Virus record (IMG/VR): IMGVR_UViG_2698536549_000008
Direction: 5' to 3' (one strand)
DNA from: a virus
Lineage: Duplodnaviria; Heunggongvirae; Uroviricota; Caudoviricetes
Length of the DNA stretch: 9,140 nucleotides
Below the pieces are notes generated by a model. The model was not told where the DNA came from. It saw nothing but the letters and a program-made list of their open reading frames with translations, and did no database searches. Made by a program: the position numbers and the translations under genes. Below, piece by piece: positions 1 through 7,283 of the stretch. The first letter of the stretch is position 1; each line of letters starts with the position of its first letter.

Positions 1-167
1 CAACGCGGACGGATAACACGAAATCCTGCGAACTGGCAAAACCTAAGTGAATAAAAGTAAAAAACCCGTTTGTTAGCAGCAGGTGGGGTTTTGTGTTTCC
101 TGACTCCGGAAAAGTCAAAGGAGAAAGTGTGTTTGATTTTAGCAAACTGATTCGGGAGATTTGAGTG

Positions 168-266
168 ATGGCTGAAAAATTATCCACCTGGAAGTTCATC
201 CTTATCTGGCTGGTGTTTGTGATTATGGCCCCCGGTTATTTCATCGGTCAGATACGCTGGTGGTGA
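168..266 (+). CDS. Hypothetical small single-pass membrane peptide (32 aa), directly upstream of Rz
   Basis: ATG at 168 preceded by GGGAG (154-158) and an in-frame TGA at 162-164; translation [32 protein letters not shown] has a ~20-residue hydrophobic core; stop TGA 264-266 lies 1 nt before the Rz ATG at 268. Not in the supplied ORF track (too short). No homolog recognised. Confidence 0.35.
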   Translation: MAEKLSTWKFILIWLVFVIMAPGYFIGQIRWW

Positions 267-267
267 A

Positions 268-679
268 ATGAACCGCGTTCTGTGTGTGGTCATCATTGCC
301 CTGCTGGTGGCCTGTGGTGCGCTTAGTCTGGGGCTGAATCATTACCGCGATAACGCCATCACCTACAAAGAGCAGCGCGATAAAAAAGCCAGAGAGCTGG
401 AGCTGGCAAACGCAACCATTACTGATATGCAGCAGCGCCAGCGCGATGTTGCTGCGCTCGATGCAAAATACTCGAGGGAATTAGCCGATGCGAGAGCTGA
501 AAATGAANNNNNNNNNNNNNNNNNNNNNNNNNNNNNNNNNNNNNNNNNNNNNNNNNNNNNNNNNNNNNNNNNNNNNNNNNNNNNNNNNNNNNNNNNNNNN
601 NNNNNNAGAGCGGTTGATGATGATGCAGAAGCAGCTGGAAGGGGCGCAGGAATATATCCGCACTCAGTGCCTGAAATAA
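268..679 (+). CDS. Rz: Rz i-spanin (inner-membrane spanin subunit), interrupted by the N gap
   Basis: First 79 aa ([79 protein letters not shown]) align residue-for-residue with lambda Rz as recalled; after the gap, [23 protein letters not shown] (608-679) matches the lambda Rz C-terminus. The track ORF 268..834 is an artefact of reading through the gap in the wrong frame. Confidence 0.9.
488..617 (+). CDS. Rz1: Rz1 o-spanin (outer-membrane lipoprotein spanin), embedded in Rz in the +1 frame; mostly hidden in the gap
   Basis: ATG at 488 in the +1 frame relative to Rz gives MRELKM..., positionally and sequence-wise like the lambda Rz1 start MLKLKMM; after the gap the +1 frame ends ...SG* at TGA 615-617, like lambda Rz1 ...ERG*. 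The lipobox and proline-rich core fall in the Ns and cannot be seen. Confidence 0.5.
507..606. other. Assembly or masking gap of 100 N
   Basis: Run of exactly 100 n characters. Rz and Rz1 frames on either side are offset by +1, so 100 is a placeholder; the true length must be a multiple of 3, about 150 nt if Rz is lambda-length. Confidence 0.97.
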
Positions 680-894
680 GTTTTGCTGATGCGCCGTATC
701 GTCGCCGTATTCCCGTATTAACAGAGACCGCAGCCCGACAGGGAGACTCCTCTGCGAGAGTGTGCGGGGATAATCAAAAACGATACACACCGGGGTTTAC
801 CGCGTTAACGGAGCGCGGCGTTGTCCCCTCATAGTCGCCTGTCCGGTGCGATGGTGGAAGAAACTGGATTTGTTGCAACTGATAACCATTATCA

Positions 895-1115
895 TTTTCT
901 CGGGTCCTTTCCGGCATATGGACCCGTTACGGGGCGGCGACCTCGCGGGTTTTCGCTATTTATGAAAATTTTTCGGGAAAAAGCATGTCAGTTCTTCTTG
1001 TTGTTAACCTATTGTTTTTAAAGAAATAATCATCAAGAAAGAAACGACATCAGAACGCTGAAAAATCTGTCTTTTTTGGCATTTCATGTCGTAACTGATT
1101 TTTGATAAGGAATTG
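895..1115 (+). promoter_or_regulatory. cos: cos region: cosQ-like segment, cosN, and cosB-like terminase-binding region ahead of Nu1
   Basis: 896-931 (TCTCGGGTCCTTTCCGG...GACCCGTTACG) resembles the lambda right-end sequence before cosN; 944-981 (CGCGGGTTTTCGCTATTTATGAAAATTTTTCGGG) is near-identical to the first bases after the lambda left cohesive end; further downstream lie segments resembling lambda R3/R2/R1 (e.g. GTTCTTCTTGTTGTTAA, GAAAGAAACGACA). cosN to Nu1 ATG is 188 nt, 190 in lambda. Confidence 0.8.
932..943. other. cosN: cosN: 12-nt cohesive-end sequence GGGCGGCGACCT (terminase nicking site)
   Basis: Exact match to the lambda 12-nt 5' cohesive end as recalled, in the expected position between the lysis genes and Nu1. 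Confidence 0.8.
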
Positions 1116-1119
1116 CTGA

Positions 1120-1668
1120 ATGAATGTTAATAAAAAGAAGCTTGCTGAAATCTTTAATGTCGATATACGCACTATTGATCGCTGGCAAACTCAGGGGCTC
1201 CCTCAGATATCTGGTGGAGGAAAAGGTGTTGAGGTCATCTTTGATTCTGCGAAGGCGATCGAATGGTATGCTCAGCGCGAAGCTGATATTGAAAATGAAA
1301 AACTCCGTAAAGAGGTCGAGGATTTGAGGGCGGCCAGCGAATCAGACCTTCAGCCCGGCACCATTGATTACGAACGTTACCGACTGACGAAGGCACAGGC
1401 AGATGCACAGGAACTGAAAAATGCCCGCGACAGTGGGCAGGTCATTGATACAGGGTTTTGCCTTTTTGCTCTGGGAAGACTGGCACAGGAGATCTCTGCC
1501 ATTCTTGACTCCATTCCATTGTCCATGCAGAGACAGTTTCCGGCACTGACGCCCGCTATGCTTGATTTCCTGAAAACCGATATAGCAAAGGCGGCAAACC
1601 GATGCGCATCAACGGCAGAGAAGTTACCGGAGATGCTGGATGAATACCTCAGAGAAGCAGCTAAATAA
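1120..1668 (+). CDS. Nu1: Terminase small subunit (gpNu1-like)
   Basis: 182 aa; [41 protein letters not shown]... aligns with lambda gpNu1 (MEVNKKQLADIFGASIRTIQNWQEQGMPVLRGGGKGNEVLY...), including the N-terminal HTH and the GGGKG motif; shallow SD-like AAGGA about 10 nt upstream. Confidence 0.93.
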   Translation: MNVNKKKLAEIFNVDIRTIDRWQTQGLPQISGGGKGVEVIFDSAKAIEWYAQREADIENEKLRKEVEDLRAASESDLQPGTIDYERYRLTKAQADAQELKNARDSGQVIDTGFCLFALGRLAQEISAILDSIPLSMQRQFPALTPAMLDFLKTDIAKAANRCASTAEKLPEMLDEYLREAAK

Positions 1669-3568
1669 CTTTGCTGTTGTTTGTGGAGTGGCACTTCGTG
1701 GGCTTTTACGCCCACTGCCTGTAACCACCGTTGAATGGGCCGATCAAAATTATTATTTGCCCCCGGAGTCCTCTTATCTTGCTGGGCGGTGGAAGACGTT
1801 GCCCTTTCAGGTGGCAATAATGAACTGCATGGGTAATGACCGGATCCGCACAATTAATCTTATAAAATCAGCTCGAGTCGGTTACACCAAAATGCTGATG
1901 GGCGTTATTGGTTACTTTATTGAGCATAAAAACCGTAACAGTCTTCTGTTTCAGCCTACGGATTCTGCCGCTGAAGATTTTATGAAGTCTCATGTGGAGT
2001 CAACATTACGGGATGTTCCCTGTCTGAAAATTCTTTCCCCCTGGCTGGGGCGTAAGCACCGGGATAACACACTGACATTAAAAAGATTCACGTCCCGTGT
2101 GGGGTTCTGGTGCCTGGGTGGTGCTGCCGCCAAAAACTACCGTGAAAAATCAGTGGATGTGGTCTGCTATGACGAACTTTCCTCATTCGAGCCGGATGTC
2201 GAAAAAGAGGGCTCGCCAACCCTGCTGGGGGATAAGCGTATTGAGGGCTCGGTATGGCCAAAATCTATTCGCGGCTCGACGCCTAAAATAAAAGGCACCT
2301 GCCAGATCGAAAAAGCGGCCAACGAGTCGGCGCATTTCATGCGTTTTTATGTGCCCTGCCCGCACTGTGGGGAGGAGCAGTATCTGAAATTTGGCGATGA
2401 ATCCACGCCTTTTGGCCTTAAATGGGAGAAGGACAGCCCCGAAAGCGTTTTCTATCTCTGTGAACATCATGGCTGCGTGATCCATCAGTCTGAGCTTGAC
2501 CAGAGCAACGGGCGGTGGATCTGTGAAAACACGGGCATGTGGACCCGTGACGGCCTGACGTTTTTCAGCGCTGCGGGTAATGAAATTCCGCCGCCGCGCT
2601 CCATCACTTTCCATATCTGGACGGCGTACAGTCCGTTCACCACCTGGGTACAGATAGTCTATGACTGGCTGGATGCACTGAAAGATCCCAACGGCCTGAA
2701 AACTTTTGTGAACACCACGCTGGGCGAGACCTGGGAAGAGGCCGTGGGCGAAAAACTCGATCACCAGGTGCTGATGGATAAGGTCGTGCATTACACGGCA
2801 GCGGTGCCTGCCCGGGTGGTTTATCTGACGGCGGGCATTGACTCGCAGCGTAACCGTTTTGAGATGTATGTCTGGGGATGGGCTCCGGGAGAGGAAGCCT
2901 TTCTGGTGGATAAAATCATCATTATGGGGCGTCCTGATGAGGAAGAGACGCTGTTACGTGTGGATGCGGCGATCAACAAAAAATACCGCCATGCAGACGG
3001 TACCGAAATGACCATTTCCCGTGTCTGCTGGGACACCGGGGGGATCGATGGTGAAATTGTTTATCAGAGATCAAAAAAACACGGTGTTTTCCGGGTGCTG
3101 CCGGTAAAAGGCGCATCTGTCTATGGCAAGCCGGTGATCACCATGCCAAAAAACCGCAATCAGCGGGGCGTGTATCTGTGTGAAGTGGGGACAGACACCG
3201 CAAAAGAAATTCTCTATGCCCGTATGAAAGCCGATCCCACGCCTGCGGATGAAGCCACGTCGTATGCCATCCGTTTTCCTGATGATCCGGAGATTTTTTC
3301 GCAGACAGAGGCGCAGCAACTGGTGGCGGAAGAACTGGTGGAGAAGTGGGAAAAAGGAAAGATGCGTCTGCTGTGGGATAACAAAAAGCGGCGTAACGAA
3401 GCGCTGGACTGCCTGGTGTATGCCTACGCGGCATTACGTGTGTCCGTGCAACGCTGGCAGCTTGATCTGGCTGTACTGGCAAAATCCCGGGAAGAAGAGA
3501 CGACCCGGCCAACCCTGAAAGAACTGGCAGCGAAGCTGTCCGGAGGAGTGAATGGTTACAGTCGCTGA
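1640..3568 (+). CDS. A: Terminase large subunit (gpA-like; packaging ATPase and cos endonuclease)
   Basis: 642 aa, collinear with lambda gpA (641 aa) over the full length (e.g. [20 protein letters not shown] at residues 76-84 = nt 1865-1891, [37 protein letters not shown]); start overlaps the Nu1 3' end by 29 nt as in lambda. Confidence 0.95.
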   Translation: MNTSEKQLNNFAVVCGVALRGLLRPLPVTTVEWADQNYYLPPESSYLAGRWKTLPFQVAIMNCMGNDRIRTINLIKSARVGYTKMLMGVIGYFIEHKNRNSLLFQPTDSAAEDFMKSHVESTLRDVPCLKILSPWLGRKHRDNTLTLKRFTSRVGFWCLGGAAAKNYREKSVDVVCYDELSSFEPDVEKEGSPTLLGDKRIEGSVWPKSIRGSTPKIKGTCQIEKAANESAHFMRFYVPCPHCGEEQYLKFGDESTPFGLKWEKDSPESVFYLCEHHGCVIHQSELDQSNGRWICENTGMWTRDGLTFFSAAGNEIPPPRSITFHIWTAYSPFTTWVQIVYDWLDALKDPNGLKTFVNTTLGETWEEAVGEKLDHQVLMDKVVHYTAAVPARVVYLTAGIDSQRNRFEMYVWGWAPGEEAFLVDKIIIMGRPDEEETLLRVDAAINKKYRHADGTEMTISRVCWDTGGIDGEIVYQRSKKHGVFRVLPVKGASVYGKPVITMPKNRNQRGVYLCEVGTDTAKEILYARMKADPTPADEATSYAIRFPDDPEIFSQTEAQQLVAEELVEKWEKGKMRLLWDNKKRRNEALDCLVYAYAALRVSVQRWQLDLAVLAKSREEETTRPTLKELAAKLSGGVNGYSR

Positions 3569-3758
3569 ACTGCAGGCGCTGCGTCAGGCGCGCCTTGATT
3601 TATTAACCGGTAAACGGGTGGTGTCTGTCCAGAAAGATGGTCGCAGAATTGAATATACGGCGGCTTCTCTGGATGAGCTTAACCGTGCGATCAATGATGC
3701 GGAGTCGGTACTGGGGACAACCCGACGTCGCCGTCGTCCGCTGGGAGTGAGGTTATGA
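3552..3758 (+). CDS. W: Head-tail joining / head completion protein (gpW-like)
   Basis: 68 aa, same length as lambda gpW; LLTGKRVVSVQKDGRRIEYTAASLDEL matches lambda [32 protein letters not shown] SD at 3542-3546; start overlaps the A stop. Confidence 0.9.
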   Translation: MVTVAELQALRQARLDLLTGKRVVSVQKDGRRIEYTAASLDELNRAINDAESVLGTTRRRRRPLGVRL

Positions 3759-5347
3759 AACGAACGCCTGTCCTGATTGATGTGAACGGCGTTCCGCTTC
3801 GGGAGAGCCTCAGCTACCACGGGGGCGGTGCAGGATTTGGCGGGCAAATGGCGGAGTGGTTGCCACCGGCGCAGAGTGCCGATGCGGCCCTGCTGCCCGC
3901 GTTGCGTCTGGGGAATGCCCGTGCAGATGATCTGGTGCGCAATAACGGGATAGCGGCTAATGCGGTGGCCCTGCATAAGGATCATATTGTCGGGCATATG
4001 TTTCTTATCAGCTACCGTCCGAACTGGCGCTGGCTGGGGATGCGGGAGACTGCGGCAAAAAGTTTTGTCGATGAGGTGGAGGCGGCCTGGTCGGAATACG
4101 CAGAAGGGATGTTTGGCGAGATCGACGTGGAAGGGAAACGCACGTTCACGGAATTTATCCGTGAAGGTGTGGGCGTTCATGCCTTTAACGGCGAAATCTT
4201 TGTGCAGCCGGTCTGGGATACGGAGAGCACGCAGCTGTTTCGTACGCGTTTTAAAGCCGTGAGTCCGAAACGGGTGGACACGCCAGGGCACGGTATGGGG
4301 AACCGCTTTCTGCGGGCCGGTGTGGAGGTTGATCGATATGGCCGTGCCGTTGCGTACCATATCTGTGAGGATGATTTTCCGTTCTCTGGTAGTGGACGAT
4401 GGGAACGGATCCCGCGTGAACTTCCCACCGGGCGTCCGGCCATGCTGCATATTTTCGAGCCGGTGGAGGACTGGCAGACCCGTGGGGCCAATCAGTTTTA
4501 CAGCGTCATGGAACGGCTGAAGATGCTGGATTCCCTGCAGGCAACACAGCTTCAGTCGGCCATTGTTAAAGCCATGTATGCAGCGACGATTGAAAGTGAA
4601 CTTGATACCGAAAAGGCCTTTGAATATATCGCGGGGGCACCGCAGGGTCAGCAGGATAATCCGCTTATTAATATTCTGGAGAAGTTCTCCAGCTGGTATG
4701 ACACGAATCATGTGACGCTGGGCGGTGTCAAAATTCCGCACCTTTTCCCCGGTGATGATCTGAAACTGCAGACCGCGCAGGATTCAGACAATGGATTTTC
4801 GGCGCTTGAACAGGCGCTGCTGCGGTATATCGCCGCCGGTCTTGGCGTTTCCTACGAACAGTTGTCCCGTGATTACTCGAAGGTCAGTTATTCAAGTGCC
4901 CGCGCCTCTGCCAATGAGTCGTGGCGCTATTTTATGGGACGACGAAAATTTATTGCGGCCCGGCTGGCCACGCAGATGTTTTCCTGCTGGCTGGAAGAGG
5001 CACTTCTTCGGGGGATTATCCGTCCGCCACGGGCACGTTTTGATTTTTATCAGGCGCGATCAGCCTGGTCACGGGCCGAGTGGATTGGTGCCGGAAGAAT
5101 GGCCATTGACGGGCTCAAGGAGGTCCAGGAATCGGTGATGCGTATTGATTCCGGACTGAGCACGTATGAGAAAGAGCTGGCGCTGATGGGTGAGGATTAT
5201 CAGGACATTTTCCGCCAGCAGGTCAGGGAATCCGCAGAGCGGGAAAAAGCCGGACTCTCACGTCCGGTGTGGATAGCGCAGGCGTATCAGCAGCAGATAG
5301 CGGAGAGCCGCAGGCCGGAAGAGGAGACAACACCACGTGAGACGTAA
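3755..5347 (+). CDS. B: Portal protein (gpB-like)
   Basis: 530 aa; long collinear blocks shared with lambda gpB (YHGGGAGFGGQ, GNARADDLVRNNG, FEPVEDWQTRGAN, QLQSAIVKAMYAATIESELDT, LLRYIAAGLGVSYEQLSR, GRMAIDGLKEVQE); ATGA start/stop overlap with W. Confidence 0.95.
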   Translation: MKRTPVLIDVNGVPLRESLSYHGGGAGFGGQMAEWLPPAQSADAALLPALRLGNARADDLVRNNGIAANAVALHKDHIVGHMFLISYRPNWRWLGMRETAAKSFVDEVEAAWSEYAEGMFGEIDVEGKRTFTEFIREGVGVHAFNGEIFVQPVWDTESTQLFRTRFKAVSPKRVDTPGHGMGNRFLRAGVEVDRYGRAVAYHICEDDFPFSGSGRWERIPRELPTGRPAMLHIFEPVEDWQTRGANQFYSVMERLKMLDSLQATQLQSAIVKAMYAATIESELDTEKAFEYIAGAPQGQQDNPLINILEKFSSWYDTNHVTLGGVKIPHLFPGDDLKLQTAQDSDNGFSALEQALLRYIAAGLGVSYEQLSRDYSKVSYSSARASANESWRYFMGRRKFIAARLATQMFSCWLEEALLRGIIRPPRARFDFYQARSAWSRAEWIGAGRMAIDGLKEVQESVMRIDSGLSTYEKELALMGEDYQDIFRQQVRESAEREKAGLSRPVWIAQAYQQQIAESRRPEEETTPRET

Positions 5348-6842
5348 TCTTTCACACATTATTGCCGCAGCATTCAATGAACCGCTGCTTCTGGAGCCCG
5401 CCTATGCGCGGGTTTTCTTTTGCGCGCTCGGGCGCGAGATGGGGGCAGCAAGTCTTTCGTTACCACAACAGCAGGTACAGCTTGATGCTCCCGGGATGCT
5501 GGCTGAAACGGACGAGTACATGGCCGGAGGTAAACGACCGGCCCGTGTTTACCGGGTGGTGAACGGTATTGCGGTACTGCCGGTGACCGGCACGCTGGTG
5601 CACCGGCTGGGTGGTATGCGGCCATTTTCCGGAATGACAGGCTATGACGGCATTGTTGCCTGTCTTCAGCAGGCAATGGCGGACACCTCTGTCCGGGGCG
5701 TACTGCTGGATATTGACAGTCCGGGCGGGCAGGCCGCCGGTGCGTTTGACTGCGCTGACATGATTTACCGCCTCCGGCAGCAGAAGCCGGTCTGGGCACT
5801 GTGTAATGACACGGCCTGTTCTGCGGCCATGCTGCTGGCGTCGGCCTGCTCCCGACGGCTGGTTACCCAGACATCCCGTATCGGCTCCATTGGCGTGATG
5901 ATGGGCCATGTCAGCTATGCCGGTCATCTGGCGCAGGCCGGAGTGGATATCACGCTGATTTATGCCGGGGCGCATAAGGTGGATGGCAATCAGTTTGAAG
6001 CCTTACCGGCAGAGGTGTGTCAGGACATGCAGCAGCGTATTGATGCGGCGCACCGGATGTTTGCCGAAAAAGTGGCGATGTATACGGGGCTGTCTGTGGA
6101 AGCTGTCACGGGGACAGAGGCTGCCGTTTTTGAAGGTCAGTCCGGTATTGAGGCCGGGCTGGCGGATGAGTTAATCAATGCGTCGGATGCCATCAGCGTG
6201 ATGGCTGCGGCGCTGAACACACATGATACAGGAGGCACTATGCCGCAATTAACTGCAACGGAAGCCGCCGCGCAGGAGAACCAGCGAGTGATGGGGATCC
6301 TGACGTGTCAGGAAGCGAAAGGACGTGAACAGCTTGCCACGATGCTGGCAGGACAACAGGGCATGAGCGTTGAACAGGCCCGGGCGATTCTGGCTGCGGC
6401 AGCACCACAGCAGCCGGTGGCATCCGCGCAGAGTGAAGCCGATCGCATTATGGCGTGTGAAGAAGCTAAAGGTCGTGAACAACTGGCGGCAACGCTGGCG
6501 GCGATGCCGGATATGACGGTGGAAAAAGCCCGCCCGATCCTGGCTGCTTCACCGCAGGCGGATGCCGGACCCTCACTCCGTGATCAGATTATGGCTCTGG
6601 ATGAGGCAAAAGGGGCTGAGGCGCAGGCTGAAAAACTGGCGGCCTGCCCGGGAATGACCGTGGAGAACGCCCGGGCTGTGCTGGCTGCGGGATCAGGTAA
6701 GGCAGAACCGGTTTCTGCATCCACAACCGCCCTGTTTGAACATTTCATGGCGAACCATTCACCGGCAGCGGTACAGGGTGGTGTGCCACAGACGTCAGCA
6801 GACGGTGATGCGGACGTGAAAATGCTCATGGCCATGCCATGA
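5337..6842 (+). CDS. C: Head maturation protease (gpC-like, S49/ClpP-fold peptidase) with C-terminal scaffold domain
   Basis: 501 aa; N-terminal two-thirds collinear with lambda gpC (AFNEPLLLEPAYARVFFCAL, NGIAVLPVTGTLV, GAFDCADMI, SRRLVTQTSRIGSIGVMM, ITLIYAGAHKVDGN, GLADELINASDAI). Apparent GTG start at 5337 with GAGGAG 10 nt upstream, overlapping the B stop; start codon choice is uncertain. About 60 aa longer than lambda gpC. Confidence 0.9.
   Translation: MRRNLSHIIAAAFNEPLLLEPAYARVFFCALGREMGAASLSLPQQQVQLDAPGMLAETDEYMAGGKRPARVYRVVNGIAVLPVTGTLVHRLGGMRPFSGMTGYDGIVACLQQAMADTSVRGVLLDIDSPGGQAAGAFDCADMIYRLRQQKPVWALCNDTACSAAMLLASACSRRLVTQTSRIGSIGVMMGHVSYAGHLAQAGVDITLIYAGAHKVDGNQFEALPAEVCQDMQQRIDAAHRMFAEKVAMYTGLSVEAVTGTEAAVFEGQSGIEAGLADELINASDAISVMAAALNTHDTGGTMPQLTATEAAAQENQRVMGILTCQEAKGREQLATMLAGQQGMSVEQARAILAAAAPQQPVASAQSEADRIMACEEAKGREQLAATLAAMPDMTVEKARPILAASPQADAGPSLRDQIMALDEAKGAEAQAEKLAACPGMTVENARAVLAAGSGKAEPVSASTTALFEHFMANHSPAAVQGGVPQTSADGDADVKMLMAMP
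6240..6842 (+). CDS. Nu3: Scaffolding protein (gpNu3-like), in-frame internal start within C
   Basis: ATG at 6240 is in frame with C and preceded by AGGAGG (6230-6235), the strongest SD in the window; gives a 200-aa product sharing the C stop, matching the lambda C/Nu3 nested arrangement. Confidence 0.55.
   Translation: MPQLTATEAAAQENQRVMGILTCQEAKGREQLATMLAGQQGMSVEQARAILAAAAPQQPVASAQSEADRIMACEEAKGREQLAATLAAMPDMTVEKARPILAASPQADAGPSLRDQIMALDEAKGAEAQAEKLAACPGMTVENARAVLAAGSGKAEPVSASTTALFEHFMANHSPAAVQGGVPQTSADGDADVKMLMAMP
6285..6700 (+). repeat. Three tandem degenerate protein-level repeats (~40 codons each) in the C/Nu3 scaffold region
   Basis: Units RVMGILTCQEAKGREQLATMLAGQQGMSVEQARAILAAAAP (from 6285), RIMACEEAKGREQLAATLAAMPDMTVEKARPILAASP (from 6444) and QIMALDEAKGAEAQAEKLAACPGMTVENARAVLAAG (from 6585); lambda has one copy of this motif as recalled (SRIMGILNCEEAHGREEQARVLAETPGMTVKTARRILAAAP). 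The DNA copies differ at many synonymous positions. Confidence 0.6.
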
Positions 6843-6878
6843 AGCCAGTGCTGACCATCAATAGGAGGTTTTAACAAT

Positions 6879-7226
6879 ATGGTGACGAAAACCATCACTG
6901 AACAACGTGCAGAAGTACGTATTTTTGCCGGTAATGATCCGGCTCATACCGCCACAGGCAGCAGCGGGATTTCTCAGGCAACACCGGCACTGACGCCCCT
7001 GATGCTGGATGAAGCCAGCGGGAAACTGGTGGTCTGGGACGGACAGAAAGCCGGTAGTGCGGTTGGCATACTGGTACTGCCGCTTGAAGGCACAGAGACG
7101 GTGCTGACGTATTACAAGTCGGGGACCTTTGCGACGGAGGCAGTCCGCTGGCCTGAAAGTGTGGATGAACACAAAAAGGCCAACGCCTTTGTCGGCACAG
7201 CCCTGAGTCACGCGGCGCTGCCGTAA
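6879..7226 (+). CDS. D: Head decoration protein (gpD-like)
   Basis: 115 aa; DPAHTATG, TPLMLDEASGKLVVWDG, AVGIL, YYKSGTF match lambda gpD motifs (DPAHTATA, TPLMLDTSSRKLVAWDG, AVGIL, FYKSGTF); AGGAGG SD at 6864-6869. Confidence 0.92.
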   Translation: MVTKTITEQRAEVRIFAGNDPAHTATGSSGISQATPALTPLMLDEASGKLVVWDGQKAGSAVGILVLPLEGTETVLTYYKSGTFATEAVRWPESVDEHKKANAFVGTALSHAALP

Positions 7227-7283
7227 CACGTTATCAGGCCACCGCGTTGGCCTGACTGATTTCTGAATGAAAGGAACTGATTT

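Noticed and set aside
61-92. Possible terminator hairpin AAAACCC...GGGGTTTT near the window start
   Set aside because: The stem is only 3-4 G:C pairs with an ~18-nt loop; too weak to call a terminator without folding energy or transcript data.
419-790. Minus-strand ORFs crossing the N gap (123 and 60 aa)
   Set aside because: They depend on the placeholder Ns and are antisense to Rz; not interpretable.
268-834. Track ORF of 188 aa running from the Rz start through the N gap to 834
   Set aside because: After the gap the reading continues in the wrong frame; the true Rz C-terminus is in the frame ending at 679. It is an artefact of the placeholder gap length.
821-1021. 66-aa + strand ORF spanning cosN
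   Set aside because: It straddles the cos cleavage site and cosB, has no SD, and lambda has no gene here; the region is a DNA packaging signal.
1124-1327. Alternate-frame + strand ORFs inside Nu1, A, B, C and E (e.g. 1124..1327, 2097..2291, 3249..3518, 3960..4262, 4791..5138, 5362..5562, 5962..6174, 7681..7869, 8020..8214)
   Set aside because: All lie within better-supported genes in another frame, lack SD sequences, and give low-complexity translations; no sign of programmed frameshifting.
2183-2791. 202-aa minus-strand ORF antisense to terminase A
   Set aside because: Same reasoning: fully embedded antisense to a well-supported gene, no start context, composition typical of spurious ORFs.
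3584-4741. 385-aa ORF on the minus strand antisense to the portal gene
   Set aside because: The + strand carries a strongly lambda-like portal protein over the same interval; the antisense translation is Arg/Pro-rich low-complexity typical of chance ORFs opposite GC-rich coding sequence, with no SD.
5374-5975. Minus-strand ORFs (141 and 171 aa) antisense to C
   Set aside because: Embedded antisense to the conserved protease domain; Arg/Pro/Ala-rich; no independent support.
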